A DNA stretch of 64,000 nucleotides, from positions 47,616,001 through 47,680,000 of the forward strand of contig NC_043015.1 in assembly GCF_006345805.1 (NCBI RefSeq), read 5' to 3'. This DNA comes from Octopus sinensis. Lineage: Eukaryota. Of this stretch, positions 26,251 through 38,260 are shown piece after piece. Position numbers and translations under genes: made by a program. The notes below the pieces were generated by a model that had not been told where the DNA came from, did not search any database, and worked only from the letters and a program-made list of their open reading frames with translations. Numbering within the stretch: the stretch's first letter is position 1; each line of letters opens with the position of its first letter.

Positions 26251-26596
26251 ACATAACACCCACAACGCTTTATTGTTATCAAGTTCTAAAAATAGTGTTA
26301 CTCTCATCTCGGAAACCAACTATTTTTAGTTTAGTATAAAAATAGATTTCTAATATAAAATTATTTCAAATATCTTAATGAAGTTATCTTTCGAAAGGTG
26401 TACATAATAAGATGGTGGGCAATGTGGGAAAAAAATAAATGTACCGATTGAAAGTGAAAGATAAACAACTGAATATTCGTATGTATTAATTTCAGTTAAT
26501 GTCTCTCTCTCTCTCTTTCTTTCTCTCTGTACAGAGAGAGAAAGAGAGATAAAAACTGAAAATATTCAGATGAACGCCTGTGTATTAGCATATATA

Positions 26597-26626
26597 TATA
26601 GAGAGAGAGATAGATAGATAGAGATG

Positions 26627-26684
<58 letters not shown>

Positions 26685-26685
26685 C

Positions 26686-26724
<39 letters not shown>

Positions 26725-26728
26725 GATG

Positions 26729-26762
<34 letters not shown>

Positions 26763-26806
26763 GATGGATAGATAGATAGATACAGATGGATAGATAGATA
26801 GAGATG

Positions 26807-26836
<30 letters not shown>
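26597..26836. repeat. (GATA)n microsatellite
   Basis: About 240 bp of GATA with interspersed GATG/GAGA variants. Confidence 0.97.
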
Positions 26837-26837
<1 letters not shown>

Positions 26838-27176
26838 CGGAGTAAACACACAGCTGTGAAACAAGGTGGAAAAAAGAGTACTCAAATACCAGAGGTAGAG
26901 TAATATGCTTTATTTAAAAGCAGCAGATATTTAACAAAAGCTGTTACTCGGAGTTTTTTTTTAACAAAACTGTCCGATGAACGGGAACGTGAAACTCCGA
27001 GTAACAGCTTTTGTTAAATTTCTGCTGCTTTTAAATAAAGTATATATATATACTTTATTTGAAGCAGCAGAAAATTTGTTGAATTTTCTGCTGCTTTACA
27101 TAAAGCATATTACTCTACCACTGGTATTTGAGTACTCTTTTTTCCACCTTGTTTCACATTTATGTGTTTACTCCGG
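26838..27176. mobile_element. Penelope-type repeat arranged as an inverted pair
   Basis: The left arm (26838-26955) is the reverse complement of parts of the right arm (26992-27176), and the right arm carries a hammerhead motif. Confidence 0.7.
26966..27012 (+). ncRNA. Type I hammerhead ribozyme motif (U4C variant)
   Basis: AAAACTGT-CCGATGA-ACG(GGAA)CGT-GAAA-CT(CCG)AG-TA-ACAGCTTTT. All three stems pair and the cleavage triplet is GUA. The core reads CCGAUGA instead of CUGAUGA. Confidence 0.65.
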
Positions 27177-27179
27177 TAT

Positions 27180-27590
27180 ATATATATATAGATATAGATA
27201 TATATAAAGCTGAAGTTGTCTGTGTGTGGCAGGTTTGGTAGCCTTCAACTAACACTATCTCCTCCGAGACCCTGCGGCGCAAATTGACCAAAATTGAGAG
27301 TATGATAGAAGAAGGCTTATTCTTCATTCCGTAGAAGATAAAATTCAAATCGGACCATGTTATGACCAAATATTATTCACATCAAAAAGGTGCTTTTTTT
27401 CTATGAAAATCCCTATTTTTTACAATTTTTTGACTGCTGTGTCGCCATTTTTCGGTGTATTTCAACCAGAAAAATGTTCACTTAAAGAGAATAACAAGCT
27501 ACATAATGCAAAATTTTTACTTTTCAAAAATCCCAATTCTAAAGGGTCGAAACTAACCCGAGCAACGCCGGGCGATACTGCTAGTATATG
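27180..27590 (-). mobile_element. Non-autonomous Helitron/Helentron-like repeat
   Basis: 5' end ACTAGCAGTATCGCCCGGCGTTGCTCGGG with a hairpin, and a microsatellite 3' end. Relatives at 28560-29200 (-), 40540-40920 (+), 41798-42450 (+) and 62330-62550. Confidence 0.65.
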
Positions 27591-27715
27591 TGTGTATATA
27601 TATATTTACAGAACAAATTTAAATGGAGTACAAAAAATAAAGAAAATGTTTTTTTTCTCTATTGTGAATCTCTGGATCTCACTTGTTGACTCTCTCTCTC
27701 TTACTCTCTCTTTTA

Positions 27716-27746
<31 letters not shown>

Positions 27747-29629
27747 TCTCTTAATAGAGAAGTAGAGAGAAAGGAAGACAAGAAAAGTTTATATTTCTAT
27801 TTTAATTTTTCTGCCCCGCTCGACTAACTTTTCTTGGCATAAATGCATTGTACACCTATGTTAAGCGCATGGAATCCGGACAAAAAACCCCCAGGATAAA
27901 AACCCCATAGTTAAAGTGTGAAAATGGACAAAAGCCTCTCGGACTAAAGCCCCACGGATATATTTGATTTTGATTTTGATTTTTTTTTTCTTTTTTCCAG
28001 TTTCAGCTAATGAGCTGTGGCCATGCTGGGGCACCGCCATTTATGTTTCGTTTTTCTTTTTTTCTTTCTACTTGTCGCAGTCATTAGCCTGTGGCCATGC
28101 TGGGGCACCACCTTGAGGAATTCTTAGTCGAATGTATCGACCCAGAATTTTTTAAACCAGCGCATTAAAGGTCTCTTCACATACCAGAAATAACAGCCAA
28201 ATCTCTTGGAAATTTTTTATAACCCCCTCGGTTATATTTTTTGGTTATTCTTCGCTTTTTTTTATTTTCCAAAAATCTTTTTACTTGTTTCAGTCATTGG
28301 ACTGCGGCCAAGCTGGGGCACCGCATTGAGAAATTTTTAGTCGGACCCCAGAATCTTTTTTAGGTGATTTTCAACTAGCACATGAAGTGAAGCCTAGATG
28401 GTCTCTCCACGTACAAGAAACAACAACCAAATCTTTAAAATGTTTTTTATAATTTCACGTAAACAAAAACGAAAATCGCGGTTCTAAAAAAAAAAAGACT
28501 TTTATTTTCCAAAATTCCAATTTATATGTAAACAAAATATATTCAATCGAAAATAAATAAGTAGAATAGAGTAATCTATATATATAAAACTGTAGTTGTG
28601 TGAGTGTCTGTCCCCTTCGATTTAGATTCCTAACTACTCCCACATTTTGCGGTGCAGTTTAACCAAATTCGGGTATCTTATAGTCGTGATTCATATCGAG
28701 CCCGTCTGGGTATTAGCGCGCGTCTACGATGAGTCTACGATTTTAAAAATAATTTAACATCATTTTTTATTCCATTTTAATGCATATTTTTCGTGTGTCG
28801 ATGGCGGCGGAGTTGGCGTCCACGCTCACACCTGCACCTGTGGGGAAGGGAGTGTAAGGAAATCAACGTCGTAATGCGTTGTCAAGGAGACCAGCGTTCT
28901 TTTAGAACAACGACTTCATGGCTTGAAGACACCAAAACAGAAATGGCTAAGAAAGCGTCTACATGAGTCTACGATTTAAAAAAAATTTACTATCATTTTT
29001 TCCATTTTAATGCATTTTTTCGCTATTATATAAGGGAAGTAACTCTAAAAATGTCTACGATGAGTCAACGATTTAAAAAAAAAATTACCATAATTTTTTA
29101 TTGCACTTTTTTGCTATTTTTTTGCTATAACTCTCTAAAAATGCTTATTAGTTATTTCCCTTACAAACCCGAGCAACGCCGGGCGATACTGCTAGTAAAA
29201 CATAAGACTCTTTGCTACTCAATGTACATATTGTCTGAAACGCAAAAAAGTGTTGAAACATAAAAACAAGAAGTACGTTTGAATAACCAGCCTTCGGCGC
29301 CATAATTCTGTTGGACCTTCAACGGCCAGAAAAAGTTCAAAAGATCAACTCATTCTCATTTAATCTGTAAGTGTTGAGAGAAGGAAACAGAAGACTTTAA
29401 ATATAAATTTTTAAATGCTGGTTTTAACGCGACTAAAAATTCTTCTTAGGCGGTGCCCCAGCGTGGTCTCAGTCTAATAAACGAAACAGGTAAAAGGTGA
29501 AAAAAAGCAAAAAAAATATATATATAACCGTGGGGCTTTTGTCCTACATTTGTAAACGCATATATATACATATACACACACACACATATATTAGTATGTA
29601 TCATTTAAGAATCCATGAGTCAGAAAAAA

Positions 29630-29909
29630 ATATGCACTCGTATGTTTGTTAGTAGAGTGCGTATATTAGTCGAAGCATATGGCATTATATACCTACTGCG
29701 ACTGATCTTATCAATCTTTTTCGCGCTAGGGTTTCAACGGCGTGTTAGATAACAGCCCGCTTATCTAACCCTGTGCTCTTCAGAGATAGTAGTTACTGAA
29801 TGAAATATGCCGACTGCTCTCTATTATTGGAGGTGCTTCAGTTTGGGGATAATGCAATCGAGAGCAGTGGCCATATTTCATTCCCTTACTACCACCTCTG
29901 AAGAGTATA
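29630..29909. other. Cluster of three hairpins in unique sequence
   Basis: Stems at 29630-29666, 29744-29769 (perfect 9 bp) and 29772-29909 (~45 bp imperfect stem). Confidence 0.6.
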
Positions 29910-31034
29910 CATAACCCCATGCACTCGCATTTACACACACAATATGTGCGTGTGTGTCTCTGTGTGTTTGTGTGCGCGCGTGTATATGTGTGTGTATGTA
30001 TGTAAGTATAAGTATGCATGCATGTGTGTATGTACGTATAAGGCAGTGTAAAACGAAATGTAAATTGGATGTGTAAATGGTAAATATGTGCAGCTGTGAC
30101 CAGTTGTAAACGAGATATATCTGGTTATATATAAATAATGTTTGTAAACAAAATGTTGACAAAGGTCAAAGCTGAACCACTTCTGATTCAATAATGCGTA
30201 ATAATACTCGCAAATAGGAATAGTAGTAAAAATATTTCTTTGTCTTCTGGTATTTGAATGAATGCGTGTATGACGAAGATGGTGATGATGTCGAAGTGGC
30301 GATGGTAGTGGTGAGGAAAGTCATTGTCCGTGTTTGCTATCGTGACCACAGTGGAGGAGTGGAGGTTGTGACTCTCTCAGTCCAAAATCAGCGAGAGGAA
30401 AGTAGGTCTGCTGCTGCTCGAAATGAATTCCCTGTTCCTTCTAATGTTAAAGGGTTGAGCAGATGAATTATGAGCCACTTAGGGTATGGACAAACTGGGC
30501 AGTTGCCCAGAGGCCTTACAGGTCTCGGGGCTCAATTCTGATCTTTGTATGCTGTGGATTACTATCAATAAATGAAAATTATAGGGCCCAGTACATTGAT
30601 TTTCCAGGGACTTGTAATAATGTTAAGACGGCCCTTCCTTCGTCAGGGAAAACCGATCCAAATTAGGTTTCTTGTCTCCAGTATAGACAGGAGAACTGAA
30701 AGGAGAATAATGGAAAAGTGAATAGAGATCTGCTATAAACGAATCGAAGTTCAAGAGATCGAATCTCGGCGACGCTTCTATATTATACTACATTCTACAC
30801 AAAGAGTTAAACAACAAAGGAAACCGTACTGTTGGCGTGTGCGCGAAAACGTGTACATCGAACGATAGATGCGGTGCAAGGCTAGAGTTTGAATCTTCGG
30901 TACCAGAAGAGATAATCTGCACTGGTGGATGCGTGTGTGTGTGTAATGGTCATGTATGTTTAAATGTGTGATGGTAGTAGTCTGACTACGTATCAGGTGT
31001 GCACATATTCAAGTGATTCTGAATATGGTGCAAT

Positions 31035-31430
31035 ATAAAGCTTGCAAGAATATCATTTAGCTCGCAGCAATACCACTTAGTTCGTAGCTACACGGTTTAG
31101 CACACAACAATACCATTTTAGCTCGCGCCAATGCCATTTAGCTTGCAACAATACCATTTAGTTCGCAACAATACCATTCAGCTCGCGGCAATGCATTTAA
31201 CTTACAGTAGTGCCATTTAGCTCACAACAATACCATTTAGCTCGCAACAATACCATTTAGCTCGCGGCAATACCACTTAGCCCAGAGCAACACCATTTAG
31301 CTCAGCAATGCCATATAGTTCGCAGCCGTGCCATTTAGTTTGCAGCAAAGCCATTTTGCTTGCAGCAATACCATTTAGCTCGCAACAATATCATTTAGGT
31401 CGCAACAATACATTTAGCTCGCAGGAACAT
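31035..31430. repeat. 20-bp minisatellite, ~19 diverged units
   Basis: Consensus CCATTTAGCTCGCAACAATA in tandem, with no spacers. Confidence 0.93.
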
Positions 31431-33046
31431 TCCCAAGACTGTTCCAGCAACCATAAATCATCTGAGTCTCCCTTTGTTTACCTGTTATGGCTTATGTATA
31501 TATTATTCGGTCTACAAAATCATAATCAACCTTTAGATGAATAGGCTGTGGAGCCATCTAATGTGACTCTACTCAGAAAGCTGTAATATCATTTGACAGG
31601 AACACGGTATAAAGAAATACATGGAACAAGGTGGTAACTTTAAATACCGTTAATATGGGCCACACGTATATGTACAAGCTGAATGATAAATGGAAATGGT
31701 TGATGAACATTTATCCATATCTTTAATGTTTGCTGATAACCATCGTGAGGAAGCTCACGAACAGCGATATGATAGAACCTGTGCAGTGTTGTTGGTGCTG
31801 TGTAGAGATGTTGACGACGTTGGTGAGAGACATGATGGTGGCGACAAAGATGGGGGTCGCTGTAATGCTATCGTGTGGTCAGTGGCTAGACCTTAAAAGG
31901 TCTGGAACCAACAGACCTCGAGACTAGGAGGAATTTTGCTTTCCATCAACCGTCTTGAAAAGTATTGAAAAGAATTATGCTCTTGTATTAACAACACTGA
32001 TCAAAGATTTTTGTGGTAAGCCTCCAACAAAACGAAGTACAGTGGAGTACTGCGGAGTTTGGACGTGACTTGGAACGGAGTACCTCTGTTTATATGTAAA
32101 TAGTAAAAAAAAAATGCGCCCTTTTAAAGCCTAGCCAGGCTCATGGGCCCGGTTTCCCGGTTTCAATGGCGTATGTGTTCCCCAGCTGGACGGGACGCCA
32201 GTCCATCATAGTGTTACTCATTTTTGCCAGCTGAGTGGACTGGAGCAACGTGAAATGAAGTGTTTTGCTCAAGAACACAACGCGCCGCCCGGTCCAGGAA
32301 TCGAAACCACAATCTTACGATCATGATGCTGACACCCTAACCTCTAAGCCACGCGCCTCCACCTGTTTACATGTATTTCAAATAATTACTCGTGTAACAA
32401 ACAATTCGACCAATGAAAACTTTGAAAGAATTTTTGAATAGCGAAGAACTAATTAGGTAGAAGTAGTATTTTTTTTTCTTTTTTAAGACGTTTGACCTTT
32501 TTATAATGCTGATGTTGATGATTGTAAATTATTTACTGTAAATATAATGACTCACAAATTTATAGCAGATGTTTTAATCTATGCTGCAGTACAGTACACA
32601 TATTGCCTTCCTTATTATGTAATAGTGAGTGAAGGCGCGTGGCTTAGTGGTTAGCGCGTTCGGCTCATGATCGTAAGGTCGTGAGTTCAATTCCCGGCGG
32701 CGCGTTGTGTCCTTGGGCAAGACACTTTATTTCACGTTGCTCCAGTCCACTCAGCTGGCAAAATTGAGTAGTACCTGTATTTCAAAGGGCCAGCCTTGTC
32801 GCACACTGTGTCACGCTGAATCTCCCCGAGAACTAAGGGTACACCTGTCTGTGGAGTGCTCAGCTACTTGCACGTTAATTTCACGAGCAAGCTGTTCCGT
32901 TGATCGTATTAGCTGGGACCCTCGTCGTCGCAACCGACGGAATACTCCATTTAATAATGAGCAATAAATTTCTAATGCGTGCACCAAAGCAGTATTTTGT
33001 TTTCGATATTGCAATCTTATTTAAAACCCACTTCTGTCACTGATTA

Positions 33047-33390
33047 CGGATCTTTACCTTTTGACCGACAGATTTAAAAAATAATTTTTTGTAACTAAAC
33101 ACTTTCAGACTTCGGACACTGGTAGAATGTGTCATATAAAACATCTTTTACTCTTAGCGTTTTTGAGAAAAACATATTTACGAAGTTATTTCACGTTAAA
33201 TTTGTCGTATTTCGGTAATTGCAACCAATCAATGACGTGTATTCAGCTGAATAAAATTACTGCTGTTGTTTGTCAACAAGAACTTCCGGCGGTGTATTTT
33301 TCGTTTGTCACTCTTATTTATGACATCGTTCGTGCATTTGTACTGGTTTTAGCTTTAAGATTTTAGGGTTGGGGTTTTAGGGTTAGGGGA
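33047..33390. mobile_element. Second MITE family related to the GGATC-TIR MITE
   Basis: Terminus GGATCTTTACCTTTTGACCGACAG with TTAGGG-like hexamers internally. A relative lies at ~60135-60345. Confidence 0.6.
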
Positions 33391-33394
33391 ATTG

Positions 33395-34740
33395 GCGAAA
33401 GCATGTAGAGGTTGCGCGTTGGCAACCAAAGCACCACCGATAAAATACCAATCGTGGCCGGAGACTGAGAGCCCATGATCCAGGATACATATCAACTACG
33501 CTGGACAACTGTACGGCGCATACTATCTAATCGTTGTAGATAGCTATACAAAGCGGCCAGAGATTTGCAGATGTAATAAACCCACAGCAAAGACAACAAT
33601 AAAGTTCCTAGTCTAGTTATTTGCTCGATACATTGTTCCAGACACATTAGTTTCAGATAATGGCACACAATTCACAGGATATGATTTAACAAATTTCTGC
33701 AAAATATATGCCATAAAACCCATCTTTACCCCGCCCTACCACTCGAGGTCAGGTGGGCAGGCGGAAAGATTTGTCAACACATTCAAAAGAGCTCTAAAAA
33801 AGCTAAGAACGAGACACGAAAAACTAATGACGAGACACTGACGAAATTTTTGAGAGTATATACAATAATGCCAAATCCAAATACTAATTCAGAAAAGTCA
33901 CCAGCAGAATGTTCACGCGTAAAATAAAATCGATCTTCGATAGATTATTGCCAGGAAAAAATACATATAAAGGAAAGACCAAAATACATTTGAAGGAAAT
34001 ACGAGAAATATTACAAAACATTTAGAAGTTTTAAAAATTACAAAAATGGTAAAGAAGGTTGGGAGGATGGATGTGTAATCAAAAGATTAGGTAATATGAT
34101 GTATTTAATTAAAGGACAACGTAAGGAACAAGAGACACTTTAACCAGTAAAAGATGAGTCACACAGAAGAACGAAGGGTAATACCAATGGATGTCTTCTA
34201 TGATATGTTTGAAGTGCCAGCACCGAGAGATATTGAACCCCGTAGAACTACGGCGTAGCTTCAGAAAAAAGAAAAAGACTGAATATCTGGAAGTAATACC
34301 TAAACAAAAAAGGTATTAAATAAAAAAAAAAAGAAATAAGAGTGCTTAGTACAACAAAAAGAAAAAGTACTGTGTGCAACGAACAATACTACCATAAAAG
34401 TTGGACAACAACAAAAAAGAGGGAGAGGTGCTGGAAAGAAGAAAATAAATTTCACTTTCTCACAGTAATCGAAATCTCAAAAGGGGAGATGTGTTGAGAG
34501 TTACGATGCCTCCTTGCAAGAGATAGATTGGTCCGAGTAAAGCATAAATAGTAACGATCCGAGTGAGGTCAAAGGTTCAGAGTTCGGAGTCGAGTGAAAT
34601 TCGTGTTAGTTCGCAGTGAAGTCGCAAGGTGTCGGTTGGTTAGTTCATAAGATTCGTAAAGAGATTTGTTAGTTCGTTACATTGTTCTTACTGATGTTTG
34701 GTTACCTTATTTCTTGTACGTAACAAATTACGTTACAACA
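33395..34740 (+). mobile_element. Gypsy/Ty3 LTR retrotransposon 3' remnant (integrase, PPT, 3' LTR)
   Basis: Reads SRIHINYAG, LIVVDSYTK, VSDNGTQFT, PPYHSRSGGQAERFVNTFK (integrase core, degraded). PPT AAAGGGGAGA, then LTR TG...CA at 34490-34740. Confidence 0.88.
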
Positions 34741-34914
34741 GATTTAGCAAGGTCTTGATTTCGACTCTCGGACCGATTGATATGTTGAGTTCTTGATCAA
34801 AATATTTCTGTTCACTTTGCTTCACCCCACTCAGCTGTAAATGAATAAACCTTGCGACAGATTGCCATTCCATTCAGAAGGAATGTTGTAATCTCGTTCA
34901 CTTATACGATACGG

Positions 34915-35116
34915 CAGTGGTTTTCAACCAGGTTTTCAGCCAGTACAGTCCAGGGGTTCCGCAAGAAGTTACAAAAATGCTTAAATCGACAGTAATTTTT
35001 AATTCTCCTGTGCAGATATGTGTGCATAAGACAATTAAATTATTGCACAGGGGTTCCTCGAGCCAGTGGAATGTTTCCTTGGGGTTCCGCTTCAGCAAAA
35101 AGTTTGAAAAGCACTG
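34915..35116. mobile_element. hAT-Charlie-like MITE
   Basis: TIRs CAGTGGTTTTCAAC / TTTGAAAAGCACTG. Confidence 0.65.
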
Positions 35117-35473
35117 CGCTATGGAAACCGAAGAATTGGTCGTATGAGCCCTAGGACTGAACCAGGAAATATGTGGTTAGGAAGCAAGCTCCTTACCACA
35201 CAGACTATTTGAAAATTTTAATTATGACATTTTTTTTCTTTATCACAAAGTTTAGGGGTATTCTGCTTCATATTTTAAAGGCGAGGTATATGCTGTACGA
35301 AAGCGGGAGGGGGTTCCTGTCCTAAGAGCGTTTTGTCTTGGGTGACGTCCAAGAGGATTTTGTCACAGGAGTAACCTGCTTCGCACTCAAAGACACTCCA
35401 AGAAGACGAAGAACAAGTGGGAATTCTTATCTTTCATAATTAAGATTGGATGATGTGTGATTAAATTTTCGTG

Positions 35474-35851
35474 GGATCTTTTCGGTTTGACCGGCAGTTT
35501 TTTAAAATAATTTCCACGTAACTAAACACTTTTAAACATCGTATACTGGTAGAATGTGTTTATAAAACATCTTTTTCTCTTGGCTTTATTGAGAAAATTC
35601 TAGTTTGTAAGATATTTGTTGTTTTTTTGCTTCAATTTCTGCAATTTCAACCAATCAATGACGTCTATTGAGGGGAAAAACATTCTGTGCCGTATGAATA
35701 TGTCCCTCATTTAAGAAACAGATTTAGTTTATTTACATTTCTGAAGAAAAACAGATTAAAATGCAATAGATCGATACTAGGGTCATAATTATGGGTGACA
35801 ATTTCCTATGACACCGCTAGAAAAAAACTACCGTTCAAACCGAAAAGATCC
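35474..35851. mobile_element. hAT-type MITE (internal deletion of the telomere-like block)
   Basis: Same TIRs, with TSD TTTTCGTG/TTTTCGTC. Confidence 0.88.
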
Positions 35852-37261
35852 TTTTCGTCACGTGTAGTTTATTATGATTATAGATAAATTCATTGAGAAG
35901 ATAAATCCATTGAGAAGTGGTGCAAGTCACAAGTTTAGAACTCGAAACGGTCAAGAAAAGTGTGTACAATAACGAAACACGGAGCAAGGGAGGTAACTCA
36001 CAATATCAAATTAGAAAACGTTCGGTGTGAAGCTGCAATTTATGGTTCCAAATTTTGGCAAAAAAAGGCCCAGTAAATTTAAGGGGAGGGGGAAATAGAA
36101 TAAATCGAACTCCTCCCTCTGTCAGTGCTTGACTATTATTATATGTATCGATTCCGATGAGAAAAATGAAAGGCAATGTTGACACCTCGGCGGAATTTGA
36201 ACCATGAACGTAAAGAGTCGGAATTTGAACCATGAACGTAAAGAGTCGGAAGAAATGTTTCCAAGTGTTTTGTTTAATCCGTTAACGATTCTTCACACGA
36301 TTTCTTGAAGCTGCAATTGGTTTTTGATTAGTTATTGATTCAGAAGCAAATATCACGAGTTGGTGGGGACAGACACACAAACACACACACATATATACTT
36401 ATATACGATGGGCTTCTTTCAGTTTCCGTCTACCAAATCCACTCACAAGGCTTTGGTCAGCCCGAGGTTATAGTAGAAGTAGACACTTGCCCAAGGTTCC
36501 ACGCAGTGGGACTGAACCCGAAACCATGTTGTTGTTAAGCAAGCTACTTACCACACAGCCACTCCTGCGCCTATGTATTGCTAAAATAATATTCGAAGTT
36601 TCTTTATATGATCGGAAATGTAATTCCGAAGAACCTTTGCAATAAAAAAAAAGTAGGAGAAAACTTTTCAAATATAGATAAAGCAGAAGTATAAAACAAA
36701 TAAACATCATTTTCCATTTTATTGCGTTAGCTTTGTTTCATTTTGAAAACTAAAAACTCATTTTATTACTTATTATTGTTTATATTTTGAGTTACATATA
36801 TATGGGGGCGCCAAAATCTTCTTCACACGATTTCTTGAAGCTACAATTGGTTTTTGATTAGTTATGGATTCAGAAGCAAATATCACGAGTTGGGGGGACA
36901 GACACACAAACACACACACATATATACTTATATACGACGGGCTTCTTTCAGTTTCTGTCTACCAAATCCACTCACAAGGCTTTGGTCGGCCCGAGGCTAT
37001 AGTAGAAGACACTTGCCCAAGGTGCCACGCAGTGGGACTGAACCCGGAACTATGTGGTTTGTAAGCAAGCTATTTACCACACAGCCACCACTCCTGCGCC
37101 ATATCTTGAACTTTCTTTTTGTTGTTCATTATTTTGATCCAGACGTTGACAGGATTGCTATTTAGCTTTACACTGTTTGGCTTTTACGCTCTTTATAACT
37201 TACGTAACCCTATGGCATTTGTAGATTTGAAAAAACAAAACAAGCGAAAACAAACATATAA

Positions 37262-37580
37262 CATGATGATGATGATGGTGGTGGTGGTGGTGGTGGTGGT
37301 GGTGGGGTGGTGGTGGTGATGATGATGATGGTGGTTTTGGTGGTGGTGGTGGTGATGACGGTGGTGGTGGTGGTGGTGGTAGTGTTGGTGGTGGTGATGA
37401 TGATGGTGGTCGTCGTCGTCGTCGTCGTGATGATGATGACAGTGGTGGTGGTGGTAGTGTTGGTGGTGGTAGTGTTGGTGGTGGTAGTGTTGGTGGTGGT
37501 AGTGTTGGTGGTGGTGGTGATGATGATGATGGTGGTGGTGGTGGTGATGGTGGTGGTGGTGGTGGTGGTGATGGTGGTGG

Positions 37581-37614
<34 letters not shown>

Positions 37615-37643
37615 GGTGATGATGATGATGGTGGTGGTGATGA

Positions 37644-37675
<32 letters not shown>

Positions 37676-37807
37676 ATGATGATGGTGGTGGTGGTGGTAG
37701 TGTTGGTGGTGGTGTGATGATGATGATGGTGGTGGTGGTGGTGATAATGATGATGGTGGTGGTGGTGGTGATGATGATGATGGTGGTGGTGGTGGTGATG
37801 GTGGTGG

Positions 37808-37844
<37 letters not shown>

Positions 37845-37873
37845 GATGATGATGATGGTGATGGTGGTGATGA

Positions 37874-37905
<32 letters not shown>

Positions 37906-37942
37906 ATGATGATGGTGGTGGTGGTGGTAGTGTTGGTGGTGG

Positions 37943-37991
<49 letters not shown>

Positions 37992-38000
37992 GGTGGTGAA
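37262..38000. repeat. Compound (GAT)n/(GGT)n trinucleotide microsatellite, ~740 bp
   Basis: Mosaic of GAT, GGT, AGT and GTC triplets. It explains the poly-H/P/V/M ORFs. Confidence 0.97.
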
Positions 38001-38260
38001 AACAATGAAAAGAAATGAAACTTAAAAATAAATTCGAACTAGAACCGAGATCTGCAGATTAACTGAATTCATTTTCAAAAAACTCGGTAATTTCCCCTCA
38101 TTATTTGTTAGTTTCCCTTCATTAAATTGCATTAAATAAATGTTGCCAAGCAATTTTCTGAAAGGGCAAATAGAGATTTGGAGGCCGACATGACCTCAAG
38201 GACATGTGATGGGACAAATCTGGAAAGTATAATCATATTTAAATTAAGGAAAAAAAAAAG

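Noticed and set aside
29761-29775. CTAACCCT telomerase-RNA-template-like motif before a long stem, with a possible pseudoknot
   Set aside because: The motif is sequestered in a 9-bp hairpin, and the putative P3 partner lies only ~2 nt from the stem base, which is sterically implausible. No CR4/5 or H/ACA domain follows, only microsatellite.
31035-31430. CRISPR-like array
   Set aside because: Units are directly tandem without unique spacers, the context is eukaryotic and there are no cas genes.
31690-31927. Short ORFs on both strands
   Set aside because: Composition is degenerate triplet-like, with no homology or convincing splice sites.
37193-38025. Long poly-His/Pro/Val ORFs (270 aa etc.)
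   Set aside because: They are translations of a trinucleotide microsatellite, with no splice or domain support.
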